Virus record (IMG/VR): IMGVR_UViG_3300034107_000725
Span: 32,001 to 96,000 of that record
Length of the DNA stretch: 64,000 bases
From: a virus
Strand: one strand, 5' to 3'
Part shown: one piece after another, positions 1-10,221 of the stretch
Position numbering within the stretch: the first letter of the stretch is position 1
How the letters are laid out: the number at the start of each line of letters is the position of its first letter
Made by a program: the position numbers and the translations under genes
The notes under the pieces: model-generated
Told to the model about the DNA's origin: nothing
What the model saw: the letters and a program-made list of their open reading frames with translations, nothing else
Databases searched by the model: none

Positions 1-1
1 C

Positions 2-535
2 AATAATCCAACTGCTCCCGTACAGCCGCAACCTTCGTCTCCGTCATTAGAGGCACAACAGCTCAGATTACAGGTAGCCCAGCAGACTGCTATGATCAAC
101 TCGATGGTTTCTCGACTCAACATGCTGACAGATAAAGCTGTAGTACCCGAGACAAAACCCGTTGAGCCTGTGACACCGCCAGTTGACGTAGACGCCATTC
201 TGTCAAAAGCGTTTCAAGGGCTTCAAATTCCGTTTTTTAACAGCGACAAGCCGGAACGCCCACAGTATGAAACCTATTTTGAGATGGCGAAAATGGGTAC
301 AATGGCGGCTCGCTACCATGCTGTGATACTGGGCCAAGACTGTTTGGCTCTTGTCTATGACACACGCTTTGCTGACGGTTTTCAGTATCTACCGCCAAAC
401 TTGGGCGAAGAGTTGATCACAGTCTCGGTTCCGAAGCTCAAAGAAGCAAACTGTGTATGCTCTTCGTTGGGGCTACACTGGACGCTCGGTTGTCTGGATG
501 TTGTCATCCTCATTCGACACAAGGGAGAAGTTTGA
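2..535 (+). CDS. Hypothetical protein, 5'-truncated by the window edge
   Basis: The frame of ORF 92..535 is open back to position 2; its TGA overlaps the next ATG at 535. Confidence 0.7.
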   Translation, partial: NNPTAPVQPQPSSPSLEAQQLRLQVAQQTAMINSMVSRLNMLTDKAVVPETKPVEPVTPPVDVDAILSKAFQGLQIPFFNSDKPERPQYETYFEMAKMGTMAARYHAVILGQDCLALVYDTRFADGFQYLPPNLGEELITVSVPKLKEANCVCSSLGLHWTLGCLDVVILIRHKGEV

Positions 536-744
536 TGGCTATGGAAAAGAACGGTGCGATCAGTAACGAAACTCCAAACTGCGGCAACAACTGTGGCTGC
601 TCCAAGCAGGCCAGTGCACGGCAGCAAAATTTGACTCCGGGATCTCTGTTCCCGGATACGATTAAAGAAGCCAACGCAATGGACGACGATATCACTAAAA
701 GAGCTGTAGAAGCCGTTCGTGCTTCCACAAAAGTCACACAGTAA
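535..744 (+). CDS. Small protein (69 aa) with three K-x-A motifs
   Basis: ATG at 535 preceded by AGGGAG; contains CGNNCGC, KQA, KEA and KRA. Confidence 0.65.
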   Translation: MAMEKNGAISNETPNCGNNCGCSKQASARQQNLTPGSLFPDTIKEANAMDDDITKRAVEAVRASTKVTQ

Positions 745-768
745 TTGTAGCTCACGGAGGATCGGCGA

Positions 769-2685
769 ATGTCATCGCTTGTTTCTAGCGGTAGTCCTTA
801 CTTCAGCCGCGGTGCTGGTGCATCCTACGGTGAAACAGGATTTGCCGATCCTTGGAATGATCTAGCAACTACCCAGATGCCGACGACCATGAAGTCGGCA
901 CTGTGGTGGTCTGAGTATATCTGGACGGTGCATGGTACCTACCGGATGGCTATGGAGCGGATTGTAAGCTACTTCCTAACCGACGTAGAGATTGGCGGCG
1001 AAGCCAGCGACGAAGAGAAGAAGAAGTACGAAGGCTTTCTTAACGATCAGCTACAGATCATGCCGTTTCTGGGCATGGCGATGAGAGACAGATTATGTTA
1101 CGGAAATGCCTTCGTCAGCGTGGTCGTGCCTTTTCGTCGTTTTCTACAGTGTCCCAAGACGGGTGATATGTATCCGCTCAAGGTCGCGTACAACAACTTT
1201 GATTTCAAACTCAACGATGAGTTTGAATTCATAGCTACCTGTCCTAAGACTGGCTGGCGTGGAGCTTGGCAGGTTGTGGACAAGCCGCGAGAAGAAGCAG
1301 AGCACATCATTCTCAAACGCTGGAATCCACACGAAATCGAAATCCTGCACGATCCTTATACAGATGAGGCTGCTTATCTGTGGCGGATCCCTGAGTACTA
1401 CAAGCGGATGGTAAAAGAAGGTAATCTGTTTCACCTAGAACGCTGTAGCCGTCAAGTGATGGAAGCGATCCGGCACAACAAGCTGTTTAGGTTCAACCAA
1501 GATGCCATCTTCCACCTGAAGGAACCAACTCTGGCCGGTATTCGAAACATGGGTTGGGGCTTACCTCGCAGTCTGACAAACTATCGTCAAATCTGGTACG
1601 TACAAGTGCTGCGACGATACAACGAAGCAATTGCTCTGGATTACGTGATTCCTTTTAGGTTAATCACACCGGGTAACAGTGGTGGTGCAGGTGCGGGCGG
1701 CATCTCAACACAAGACCCGATGTCGATCTACGCTGCTGGAGACTTCAGGTCTCAGGTGCGGAACATGATCAACAAGCGTCGCCGAGATCCTGCCAGCTGG
1801 CAGATGTTACCGTTTCCAGTGAACTATCAGATGCTGGGTGGCGACGCCAAACAGCTGGCACCTACAGAAATGATTCAACAAGGCACGGAAACCCTGCTGA
1901 ATGAAACCGGTGTACCGGTGGAGTTCTATCAAGGGTCGCTGTCTTTGCAGGCTGCCCCAGTGGCTCTACGGCTGTTTGAAAGTACACACCGCAGTCTTGT
2001 CTCCGATGCCAACATGCTACTGCGTTGGATCTGCGAATCCATCGGACGGATCATGTCTTGGGAGAAAGTGGACTGCCATCTTCAACGTGTCACAATCGCT
2101 GATGACATGCAGAAGCAAATGTCGGCTCTCCAGCTGATGATGGGCCAACAACTCTCTGGGCATTCCGGACTCAAAGCAATCGGATACGACTGGGAGACAG
2201 AACAAAATCTTATTGCAGCCGAAGCTCGCAAGCAGCAAGAGCTTCAGGCCCGACAACAAGAAGAAATGGAACAAGCCGGTTTTGCCGCCGAAGTGGCCAA
2301 GGGAAACAACCCAAACGCAGCGATGGCACAACCCGGCGGTGGGGCTCCGCAGCCAGGTGGAGGTGCTCCTCAACAGGGTGGAGCTCCGCCGCAAAGTGGT
2401 CCAGATATGGCGGCAGCTGGTGGGTCTCCCGTTACCAACTATATTCAAACCATGGGTGCAAATGCTGCGGTTACGCCAAACGATCTGCAATCCGCAGCAG
2501 GGCAACTGGCTCAAGAACTGCTTGGATTGCCAGAAGGCGTGAAAGACTCGCAGTTAAGACAGTTGAAGCAGTTCAATCCGACGTTGCACTCGTTGACACG
2601 TACTAAAATGGATGAAATGCGACAACAGTTTCGCACTCAAGGCGGAGCCATGCTACAACAACAACAGATGGGCGGAGGCCAGTAA
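769..2685 (+). CDS. Phage portal-like protein with a Gln/Gly/Pro/Met-rich C-terminal tail
   Basis: GGAGG RBS; portal-like succession of motifs (LCYGNAFV, RWNPHEIEI, IFHLKEP, GWGLPR, EAIALDYVIPFRLI); low-complexity tail. Confidence 0.7.
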   Translation: MSSLVSSGSPYFSRGAGASYGETGFADPWNDLATTQMPTTMKSALWWSEYIWTVHGTYRMAMERIVSYFLTDVEIGGEASDEEKKKYEGFLNDQLQIMPFLGMAMRDRLCYGNAFVSVVVPFRRFLQCPKTGDMYPLKVAYNNFDFKLNDEFEFIATCPKTGWRGAWQVVDKPREEAEHIILKRWNPHEIEILHDPYTDEAAYLWRIPEYYKRMVKEGNLFHLERCSRQVMEAIRHNKLFRFNQDAIFHLKEPTLAGIRNMGWGLPRSLTNYRQIWYVQVLRRYNEAIALDYVIPFRLITPGNSGGAGAGGISTQDPMSIYAAGDFRSQVRNMINKRRRDPASWQMLPFPVNYQMLGGDAKQLAPTEMIQQGTETLLNETGVPVEFYQGSLSLQAAPVALRLFESTHRSLVSDANMLLRWICESIGRIMSWEKVDCHLQRVTIADDMQKQMSALQLMMGQQLSGHSGLKAIGYDWETEQNLIAAEARKQQELQARQQEEMEQAGFAAEVAKGNNPNAAMAQPGGGAPQPGGGAPQQGGAPPQSGPDMAAAGGSPVTNYIQTMGANAAVTPNDLQSAAGQLAQELLGLPEGVKDSQLRQLKQFNPTLHSLTRTKMDEMRQQFRTQGGAMLQQQQMGGGQ

Positions 2686-2776
2686 TGTGTGATAGGCTTG
2701 TAGCCTGCTAGAATACTACGATTGCCAAATCGATATCCTGGCGGGCACCAACACGCACAAAAGGCAGGCTCACAAT

Positions 2777-3574
2777 ATGATTAGGATTGGATTTATCTGC
2801 CCAACATATGACGCTCTGTCGTTGGCCAGCTACACTCATAAGGCGTTGGAGTCGTTCTTCGACACAACGCCTTCAGGTGTTGCTATTGTCGTAGACGACG
2901 GTTCAAAAGGTTGGACGAAGGAATACGCGGATTCTTTGTACGAGATAGGAAACCAACAAGCAGGAACAGAGACACATATTATTAGGTTTAAAGAAAAAGG
3001 AGGTTTGACTAGAAGCTGGAATGCCGGGCTAAGAGAGGCAGATGAGTTAGGGTTGGACTACGCGATAGCCGGTAACAACGATGTGATATTCTCGTACCGC
3101 TGGTACGAGGGTTTACTTCATGCCTTGACTAATGGCTATGATTTGGTGGGTCCGCTATCCAACGCCCCTGGAGTGACAGCACAGGGTTTGCAGGAAATTC
3201 AGCGGTATATCCCTACGTATGAAGCTACAGACGACTTGGTAGCGATAGATAAAGTCGCAGCTGAGTTAAAACGTAAAAACACTGGAAAGGTGGCAAAGTG
3301 TACTGTCAACGGATTTTTTCTGATGGCAGCTTTGTCAACGTGGCGGGTGGGCAAATATGACGATGCAAACTACTTTTGCCCGGTAAACGAGAAGATGCCT
3401 TCGGGTCGACCCAATCTTACACCGCTCATGACTGGTAATGAGGACGAACTACAGCACAGATGGCGGGCCAAGGGTTTGAAATCGGCTGTAGCTTTGAGCA
3501 GCTTTATTTTCCACTACAGAGCGGTTTCACGTGGCGAACGATACAAGAAAGGTCTTTGGTATCGACAATCATGA
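2777..3574 (+). CDS. GT-A fold glycosyltransferase (GT2-like)
   Basis: FICPTY, IVVDDGS, GLTRSWNAGL, NNDVIF and HYRAVS motifs. Confidence 0.8.
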   Translation: MIRIGFICPTYDALSLASYTHKALESFFDTTPSGVAIVVDDGSKGWTKEYADSLYEIGNQQAGTETHIIRFKEKGGLTRSWNAGLREADELGLDYAIAGNNDVIFSYRWYEGLLHALTNGYDLVGPLSNAPGVTAQGLQEIQRYIPTYEATDDLVAIDKVAAELKRKNTGKVAKCTVNGFFLMAALSTWRVGKYDDANYFCPVNEKMPSGRPNLTPLMTGNEDELQHRWRAKGLKSAVALSSFIFHYRAVSRGERYKKGLWYRQS

Positions 3575-4311
3575 GTAAAACATTAGTTTACAGCTGTGTT
3601 ACAGGTAACTACGACGACCTGCTTTCCGCAATCCTTGCTTCAACAGGTGTGGCGGAGAAAGACGTGCGTTATGTGCTATACACGGATAAAGTGCAACCAG
3701 ATTCTAATATTTTCATCTACACCGCAAAACATTCAGACATCACCTGGGAACTTCACCCGTTACTTTGGCAGCACCCGTCCTGTCCGAGACGAACAGCCCG
3801 ATGGCATAAAATTAACAGTCATCTGCTACCAGGAAGACATAAATACACGATATGGCTTGACGGGTCTCAAAAGATAAAGAAAATTCCGCTGGCCTCTCGC
3901 GTGCTGGCAAGCGTGCCCAATAATACGTTGCTGGCTGCCTTTAAACATCCGCAAAGAAGCTGCGTATACGAAGAAACCTCGGCATGCATGAACCAGAAAA
4001 AAGATGACCCAGCTCTGCTAAGAAGTCAGGCAGGTCATTATCGGAAGGAGGGCTACCCGGAAAATAATGGCATGGTTGAGACTGGTTGTGTACTCCGTAA
4101 AAACTGTACTCAGGTTGCAAACTTTAACAAAAATTGGTGGCAGCAGTTGGAGAAATTCAGTTCGCGAGATCAGATGGGATTTAACTATGCAGCCTGGCAG
4201 ACTGGTATTTCGTATCATCTTCTACCGGGCAGCGGCACTAAATCGGAATTCTTCGATTATGTGAAGCACAAAAGGCGGGGAAGTAAAAGCAACAAAGGCG
4301 ACAGTCAATGA
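3571..4311 (+). CDS. DUF616/TOD1-MUCI70-like glycosyltransferase-family protein (copy 1)
   Basis: VYSCVTGNYD, ARWHK, IWLDGS, FKHPQRSCVYEE, SRDQMGFNY; ATG at 3571 overlaps the upstream stop. Confidence 0.8.
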   Translation: MSKTLVYSCVTGNYDDLLSAILASTGVAEKDVRYVLYTDKVQPDSNIFIYTAKHSDITWELHPLLWQHPSCPRRTARWHKINSHLLPGRHKYTIWLDGSQKIKKIPLASRVLASVPNNTLLAAFKHPQRSCVYEETSACMNQKKDDPALLRSQAGHYRKEGYPENNGMVETGCVLRKNCTQVANFNKNWWQQLEKFSSRDQMGFNYAAWQTGISYHLLPGSGTKSEFFDYVKHKRRGSKSNKGDSQ

Positions 4312-5021
4312 GTAAGCTCTTGGTCTACAGTTGTGTCACAGGCGGTTATGACGACATCTACGCTGGAATACTGGCTTCAACGGGTGCCGAGAGTCCTGAC
4401 GTTCGTTACGTGCTTTACACAGATCAGCTAGCTCAAAATGCTCCACCCAGACAGTTCAAACTCAAAGAATCTGCAATCAGTTGGGAGTTGAGACCACTGA
4501 TCTGGAGTCACCCTCTGTGCAAGATCCGAACAGCTCGATGGCACAAAGCGAACAGCCACCTGCTACCTGACGACGTGGATCATGTCTTGTGGCTTGACGG
4601 CACACAGCGGATTAAAAACATATCGCTATCAACCCAGCTGACAACTCCGCTGCAGACTGTCTGCGAGCTTGCCGCGTTCAAACACCCTGACCGCATATGT
4701 GTCTATCAAGAACTCATGGCCTGTCGCAAATGGAAAAAAGACAACTTTGAATTGATGCAGCGGCAGCTGGAAGGCTACAAAGCAGAAGGCTATCCAGCAT
4801 ACAACGGTCTAGTCGAAACTACTTGCGTATTCAGAGCTCACCGCAGTCCAAAAATCATAGCGTTCAACAGACTTTGGTGGCAGCAGATGGATCAACACAG
4901 CTTCCGAGACCAGCTGAGCTTTAACTATGCCGCTTGGAAGTTGAGTCTCCCTTTTGGTATTATCCCAGGCAACCGAACAAACTCTCCATTCTTTGACTAC
5001 GTACATCACAAGCACGGTTGA
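4308..5021 (+). CDS. DUF616/TOD1-MUCI70-like glycosyltransferase-family protein (copy 2)
   Basis: VYSCVTGGYD, ARWHK, LWLDGT, FKHPDRICVYQE, FRDQLSFNY; clear paralog of the preceding gene. Confidence 0.8.
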   Translation: MSKLLVYSCVTGGYDDIYAGILASTGAESPDVRYVLYTDQLAQNAPPRQFKLKESAISWELRPLIWSHPLCKIRTARWHKANSHLLPDDVDHVLWLDGTQRIKNISLSTQLTTPLQTVCELAAFKHPDRICVYQELMACRKWKKDNFELMQRQLEGYKAEGYPAYNGLVETTCVFRAHRSPKIIAFNRLWWQQMDQHSFRDQLSFNYAAWKLSLPFGIIPGNRTNSPFFDYVHHKHG

Positions 5022-5042
5022 GTTTCACCTCAGGAGCATCCC

Positions 5043-6110
5043 GTGCTTAAAGTCGGTATCTTCACTCCCTACGTCCGCGGCGAGACTACGTTGGCGGCGG
5101 TACAGTTAGCCGACTGGTTGTTGCGGTGTGGCATCGAAGTTACGATCTTGGCCGAAGGTCGTATTGATTCCGGTATCCACCCAGTATGGGATAACAAAGT
5201 AAAACGAGCTACTCGCAAGACAGTCTATGCCTGGGCATATGGCTGTACGCATCTTTGCTGGTTCAGTGCCAACTTTGCAGCTGTGCGTGCAGCTCGACTG
5301 GTTGCACCGGACAGTCCTAAACGACGTACGCAAAACTTCTTCTTCCCCAGTTGGAATGGTTGGGGTCGAGAGCAGGAAGCGATGGTTTTGTTGTGCCAGC
5401 AGACCATATGCCTGAGCCAGGACATGGCATACTGGATAGATAAAAAATACTTTCAAACTGCGGTGATTCGCACGTGGGTCAATCTAGTCTCTCCAGCGTC
5501 TTTACTCTTTCCCAGAGTTGGTAGGCTGGACGTGACTGCAACACGGCTACTGGCAGTGATCACCAAGTCTGTTGAACTGGACATCGGTAACCAGTTGTTC
5601 AGCGTGTTTGACACCCTCTTAGACGGACACTCTGGACTACATGTGACCTTCCTGCTGGAACATTCGCTTCCCAAGGACTATCGAAAACAACTTGCAAATA
5701 TTAAACAAAAGCACGAAGACCGCGTAACTATTGTTACCGGACCACCATACTACGAGTACGTACAGTTAGCCAGACAACACGACTGGGTTTACCTGGCTAG
5801 CACAAGGCACACTTATGGTTCAATACTATCAACACTGATGAGTAGTTCTGTGCCCATCATCTGCCACGACGTCCCACCTGTGAGGAGTTACGTGGCAAAC
5901 AATTTCTCAGGAAAACTGATCAACTGTGACTTGATAGAAAGCCCGGGACCTGTGGCGGTAGTCGAGCTTGACGATGTGAGTCATACATTGGATAGCCTGC
6001 TTATCAGTCCTGACACAGTGATGAGAGCGATACAGACAAATATGGCTATATCACTGCAAAACAAACAAAGAGTCTTTGAACAGTTCATCTTTAGCGAGTT
6101 CATGAAGTGA
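5043..6110 (+). CDS. Divergent GT-B fold glycosyltransferase-like protein
   Basis: N-terminal KVGIFTP and C-terminal LMSSSVPIICHDVPPVRSYV resemble GT4 family segments. Confidence 0.55.
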   Translation: MLKVGIFTPYVRGETTLAAVQLADWLLRCGIEVTILAEGRIDSGIHPVWDNKVKRATRKTVYAWAYGCTHLCWFSANFAAVRAARLVAPDSPKRRTQNFFFPSWNGWGREQEAMVLLCQQTICLSQDMAYWIDKKYFQTAVIRTWVNLVSPASLLFPRVGRLDVTATRLLAVITKSVELDIGNQLFSVFDTLLDGHSGLHVTFLLEHSLPKDYRKQLANIKQKHEDRVTIVTGPPYYEYVQLARQHDWVYLASTRHTYGSILSTLMSSSVPIICHDVPPVRSYVANNFSGKLINCDLIESPGPVAVVELDDVSHTLDSLLISPDTVMRAIQTNMAISLQNKQRVFEQFIFSEFMK

Positions 6111-6685
6111 TTGGACATCCACACAACATTATCGTGGCCGGAACTCCAGGAGCCTGGACAAACACAGTAGCTACTGCGATAGCAAGCCAAGGCTGGGCCG
6201 TTACATGGCCCGGACAAGACCTGAGTAATCCGGAGGTTCAGAAGTTTCTGAACAACAATGCCCAGAATATTGAGATGCACAATATCCACCAGCAGATATG
6301 CGAGTGGCACAATGTTTCTCTTTTCAGCCCCAAGCTGCCTGACTATTACCATCCACCATACCCAGGACCCGCGGAGTACCTTTCCAAGTTTGAAGGCCCG
6401 GTAGTTCTCTCAAGTATCTCACTACCTCCGTTCTTGGACTTATGGGCGAATGCCAGTAACGTGGTGATTCACATCGAGGCCACTGAAGCGGAAGACCTTG
6501 CCATGCTCAACCAGTGGTCGCAAAACAAGTTTGCCCTAGACCACGTCAAAGCAGTTCGTGACAATTACATCAACCGATACCATAGACACCTGAAGTTGTT
6601 TCCAAAGGTGTTTACCATGACCAATGCGGAAGCTAAAGATCGAAAGCTAACCGAGCTGGCTCGATTTTTAAATTCCGCATTTTAG
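6107..6685 (+). CDS. Hypothetical protein, possibly a degenerate sulfotransferase-like fold
   Basis: N-terminal IIVAGTPGAWTNTV occupies the position of the sulfotransferase PSB loop but lacks its R/K-S-G-T residues. Confidence 0.35.
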   Translation: MIGHPHNIIVAGTPGAWTNTVATAIASQGWAVTWPGQDLSNPEVQKFLNNNAQNIEMHNIHQQICEWHNVSLFSPKLPDYYHPPYPGPAEYLSKFEGPVVLSSISLPPFLDLWANASNVVIHIEATEAEDLAMLNQWSQNKFALDHVKAVRDNYINRYHRHLKLFPKVFTMTNAEAKDRKLTELARFLNSAF

Positions 6686-6724
6686 CCCGTAGAACCCTTC
6701 TTCCAAGAAAGCAGAAATCGACTC

Positions 6725-8002
6725 ATGCCAGACGAATCACTAGAACAACAGATGAACGCGTCCTTGAGTAAGGCCGTAGGTCAACCCGTTGCAAGCATTG
6801 CTCCAGCACCTCCGGTAGCTGTGTCAGCACCTACACCACTGGCTCCACCAGTTGGTGCAGTCAACCTGGGGAACATCGCAGCAGCTTTGCACCCCACAGC
6901 ACACCGACAGGCGGCAACGCAAGTCGTCGTCAACGACACGTTCCCATACGATGTTGCTTTCAACATGGCATTCCTGGGTTCAGGCCAAGGCGGAGCCAGG
7001 CTGGCTTCCAGCTTCTACGGTCTGGGCTACAGACGTGTAGGGTTGTTCAACACAGCAGAAAGCGATTTCCAAGGCCTGCCTGAAGAGATTCAACGACACA
7101 CGCTGCCGTTGGGCGGTGCAGCCAAAGATGCTCGGTTCGCCGAGCAGGCACTGGTAGGACACGAAGAGGAAATCTGGGATTTGCTACAGAGGTCCTGGGG
7201 CAACGACACAGACTACGGTTTGATCTGTGTAGGGCTTGGCGGCGGCACGGGCTCAGGCACAAGCGGCAGGCTTGTACAGATCGCTCGAGAATACATGGAG
7301 AGCAAGGGCAAACAACCTCGTGTTGGTGTGATTGCTTCAATTCCTTCCCCTACAGAAGGACAACAAGTCTGTCGTAACGCGATCACAGCATTCCAGCATC
7401 TGCTGGAGTTGAAGGTCAGCCCGCTGATTCTGATCGATAACGCTCGGATCAATCAACTGTACCGTCCAGGCATGTCACAGTTGTACACCGTGGCTAACAA
7501 CACGGTCAGTCAACTGTTTCACCTGTTCAACCAATTAGCAGCTGTACACAGTCCGCTAATTACCTTTGACCGAAGCGAACTGGCTCAGTTGCTGGACAAC
7601 GGCATCTGTGTCATGGGGGCAGCCAGCCTCCAGAACGTCACGAGTCCAGCAGACATCTCTGCGGCCATTCGGGATCAGCTCACCAACAATGTGTTGGCTG
7701 AAGTGGATCTCAAGCAAGGCACAAAGGGAGCCTGCCTCTTTGTCGGGGATCAGAATCACCTGGACAACCTAAGCATGGATTTCTTCGATGCCGGATTCGT
7801 TCAGATGAATCGCACGCTCAAAGGCGGCGACAGTGTGGTTCACCGTGGTGTCTATCTTGGAGCAGCTCCGGGACTTCAAGCCTATGCCATGATAAGTGAT
7901 TTAAAACCCCCAATTGCCACGTTGGCAAAGTTGGCCAAAGAGGCCAATATTACAAAGAATCAACTCGGTGGAATCGCCAAATTCTTGGGCGTAAATGACT
8001 GA
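6725..8002 (+). CDS. Tubulin/FtsZ superfamily GTPase with a Pro-rich N-terminal extension
   Basis: GSGQGGARLA, signature GLGGGTGSG, LILIDN and T7-loop-like TFDRSEL. Confidence 0.9.
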   Translation: MPDESLEQQMNASLSKAVGQPVASIAPAPPVAVSAPTPLAPPVGAVNLGNIAAALHPTAHRQAATQVVVNDTFPYDVAFNMAFLGSGQGGARLASSFYGLGYRRVGLFNTAESDFQGLPEEIQRHTLPLGGAAKDARFAEQALVGHEEEIWDLLQRSWGNDTDYGLICVGLGGGTGSGTSGRLVQIAREYMESKGKQPRVGVIASIPSPTEGQQVCRNAITAFQHLLELKVSPLILIDNARINQLYRPGMSQLYTVANNTVSQLFHLFNQLAAVHSPLITFDRSELAQLLDNGICVMGAASLQNVTSPADISAAIRDQLTNNVLAEVDLKQGTKGACLFVGDQNHLDNLSMDFFDAGFVQMNRTLKGGDSVVHRGVYLGAAPGLQAYAMISDLKPPIATLAKLAKEANITKNQLGGIAKFLGVND

Positions 8003-8054
8003 GTTGTCCTATATCTTTTTTCGACCTGACTACATCCTTGGGAGGAGTTGACCC

Positions 8055-8366
8055 GTGTTTACCAATACAACTGCGTCGTTATCCGGCGAGTTAGCGGACC
8101 TTTTGACACACTTAGAGTCGGCTTACCGGGCCAAACTTGACGTGAAGCCTGGTGTTGTTTGCGATTCTGACGCGTTCTGTCGATGGGCTCACGACTACCT
8201 GACGGACAATCGTCCTTCAGAAGTCTTCCCCGTAGCTAATAACTACGGGGTATTGCTCACAAACGGCCAACGAGTAAAACTGTGTCCAGACGTTCCAGGT
8301 ATTTCCTATACAACAGGAGATATGGCGAATCCGGACACATCAATCTCGATAAGTCGAAAGGTTTGA
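8055..8366 (+). CDS. Hypothetical protein
   Basis: GGAGGAG RBS upstream of a GTG start; colinear with neighbours. Confidence 0.6.
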   Translation: MFTNTTASLSGELADLLTHLESAYRAKLDVKPGVVCDSDAFCRWAHDYLTDNRPSEVFPVANNYGVLLTNGQRVKLCPDVPGISYTTGDMANPDTSISISRKV

Positions 8367-8373
8367 GACACAG

Positions 8374-9090
8374 GTGATTCATCCACTCTTCACCGGATTT
8401 GTCGCGTTTATCATGCAAGAGTTGTCTGACTACTCTTTGGAACATTTCCAAAGTGCTATGCTCGAACGACTTACAGAGTTTCAAGAAGCTGAAACGCCAC
8501 AACTCCTTGACTGGTATGCAGATCTGGAAAGCTACTGGCGAGAGCATCTCGCGGACGAGATGATTGACGAAGACCTTGAATCGTTCAACGTGTTGCTATC
8601 CGCCATAGACCTTGAAGAGTTAATGCAGCTGTCGTTGATCATCCGCCGAGAACTATCGGCGGAGGATTTACCAGATTTAGTGCACACAATCAAAGCCTTT
8701 TCGGCCACCTACACCCTTGAATGGGAAGACGGGCGAAGGCTGGAGTACAACTGCAAACCGATCAAGTTGCAAAATAAGCTGCGATTTGAGACTCCCATGC
8801 TGTTGGATCTAGCCGTTGTGTTTGATCGACAGATTGCAGAGACGCTCATCTCTCCAGGACCGGACACGCTGTACGAGCAAGCGGCCAGGCCTTATGACGT
8901 GGCCAAGTATGACGAGTTGATGAATGTCTTACAGAACCACATCGCTCAAAAGCCTGGCGGCGAGCGTGATCCCTACATTGATGTCTTGGCCCGCATCATG
9001 CATCAGTTTGGGCCCGCTCCCAAATTGGAAGTGGTACTATCGTCCGAAGACGATACCATTGAGTGGTTGGACAACGGAGGCGGTTTCTAA
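8374..9090 (+). CDS. Hypothetical acidic protein
   Basis: 238-aa ORF in operon context; start codon uncertain. Confidence 0.65.
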   Translation: MIHPLFTGFVAFIMQELSDYSLEHFQSAMLERLTEFQEAETPQLLDWYADLESYWREHLADEMIDEDLESFNVLLSAIDLEELMQLSLIIRRELSAEDLPDLVHTIKAFSATYTLEWEDGRRLEYNCKPIKLQNKLRFETPMLLDLAVVFDRQIAETLISPGPDTLYEQAARPYDVAKYDELMNVLQNHIAQKPGGERDPYIDVLARIMHQFGPAPKLEVVLSSEDDTIEWLDNGGGF

Positions 9091-9116
9091 AATACGGAAT
9101 TTGCCAGGAGAATTAC

Positions 9117-9224
9117 ATGGACGTTATTCACAGTATCCTGCTTGTTCTATTGATTTTATGTGGCTTATCCACCGCGAGACTCCTGCATACTTTGTGGGTG
9201 TTTCTCTGGGACGATAAGGATTGA
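9117..9224 (+). CDS. Small single-pass membrane protein (35 aa), absent from the ORF track
   Basis: AGGAG RBS; translates to MDVIHSILLVLLILCGLSTARLLHTLWVFLWDDKD*; fills an intergenic gap. Confidence 0.55.
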   Translation: MDVIHSILLVLLILCGLSTARLLHTLWVFLWDDKD

Positions 9225-9250
9225 TCTACACCTAACATAAGGGGCTGAGT

Positions 9251-9820
9251 GTGACAGGCGACGAACTGAAGTATGAGATGAGCTACTGGGGCAACTGCTG
9301 CAACACGTTCGACGAAGAACAGAAGCAATATGTCTATGCCCGGTTCATGGGATTGGAGGTCAATCACTACAAGATCCAGTTACCAGCTTCAGACATTATG
9401 GACGTAGGTGGAGGACCTGCGAGCATGTTGCTCAAGGTTCCAAACCTTATCCACGGCTTGGTAGTAGATCCGATCGAATACCCTGATTGGACCGTACAAC
9501 GCTATAAGACAAACAACATTACGGTACGCAAAGCGTATGGCGAGAATATACTAATCGACCGTAACTGGGATGAGGTCTGGCTCTACAACTGTTTGCAGCA
9601 CGTTAACGATCCAGAAAAGATCGTAAATAACTGCATGCGGTCTGGTAAGGTTTTTCGAATCTTTGAGTGGATCAACACTCCAGTGTATGAAGGGCATCCA
9701 CACTCTTTGACGAAAGAGATGCTTGATCGCTGGATCGGGCAATCAGGTGGAACTGTGTTGCTGAATGAAAGTGGCTGTGATGGCTGGGCATACTATGGCT
9801 GCTTCAAGACAGGGAATTAA
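9251..9820 (+). CDS. Class I SAM-dependent methyltransferase
   Basis: MDVGGGP motif I, VVDP motif II, WLYNCLQHVNDP. Confidence 0.75.
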   Translation: MTGDELKYEMSYWGNCCNTFDEEQKQYVYARFMGLEVNHYKIQLPASDIMDVGGGPASMLLKVPNLIHGLVVDPIEYPDWTVQRYKTNNITVRKAYGENILIDRNWDEVWLYNCLQHVNDPEKIVNNCMRSGKVFRIFEWINTPVYEGHPHSLTKEMLDRWIGQSGGTVLLNESGCDGWAYYGCFKTGN

Positions 9821-9822
9821 CC

Positions 9823-10182
9823 ATGTGGGTTGTCATGTCCAGTGATGGTCAGATGTCAAAAGCGGAGATGATGAAAGAGCTTAATGAGCTCAGCATCTAT
9901 CCGCTTTTGGTTTACAAGAAGGATGGACGAACAACCGTGCCACTGTTCCCGACGTTGGGACTGGCACTGTCGTTTGCAAAGCGAAATACCCATCGCACGT
10001 GGCCAATTGCTACGATGGAGATAGACGACGACGTGCAAGAGAAACTGGATCAGGAAAACTTGGCCACTGAAGTTTTAACATGGCCTAGTCGCAGGGATAC
10101 GTCAGTTCATGTGCTGTATACAGATCATGAAGTTGTAACGCATTCTTACGGTAACCGCAGTACGGTCATGAAAGGGCTCTGA
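9823..10182 (+). CDS. Hypothetical protein
   Basis: Tightly packed ORF on the coding strand. Confidence 0.6.
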   Translation: MWVVMSSDGQMSKAEMMKELNELSIYPLLVYKKDGRTTVPLFPTLGLALSFAKRNTHRTWPIATMEIDDDVQEKLDQENLATEVLTWPSRRDTSVHVLYTDHEVVTHSYGNRSTVMKGL

Positions 10183-10221
10183 CGGCGGATTTGAACTAGT
10201 TCCATCAGGCGAGGGATAGCC

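Noticed and set aside
6725-8002. Canonical cell-division ftsZ
   Set aside because: No dcw cluster, no C-terminal FtsA-binding peptide, and a divergent T7 loop.
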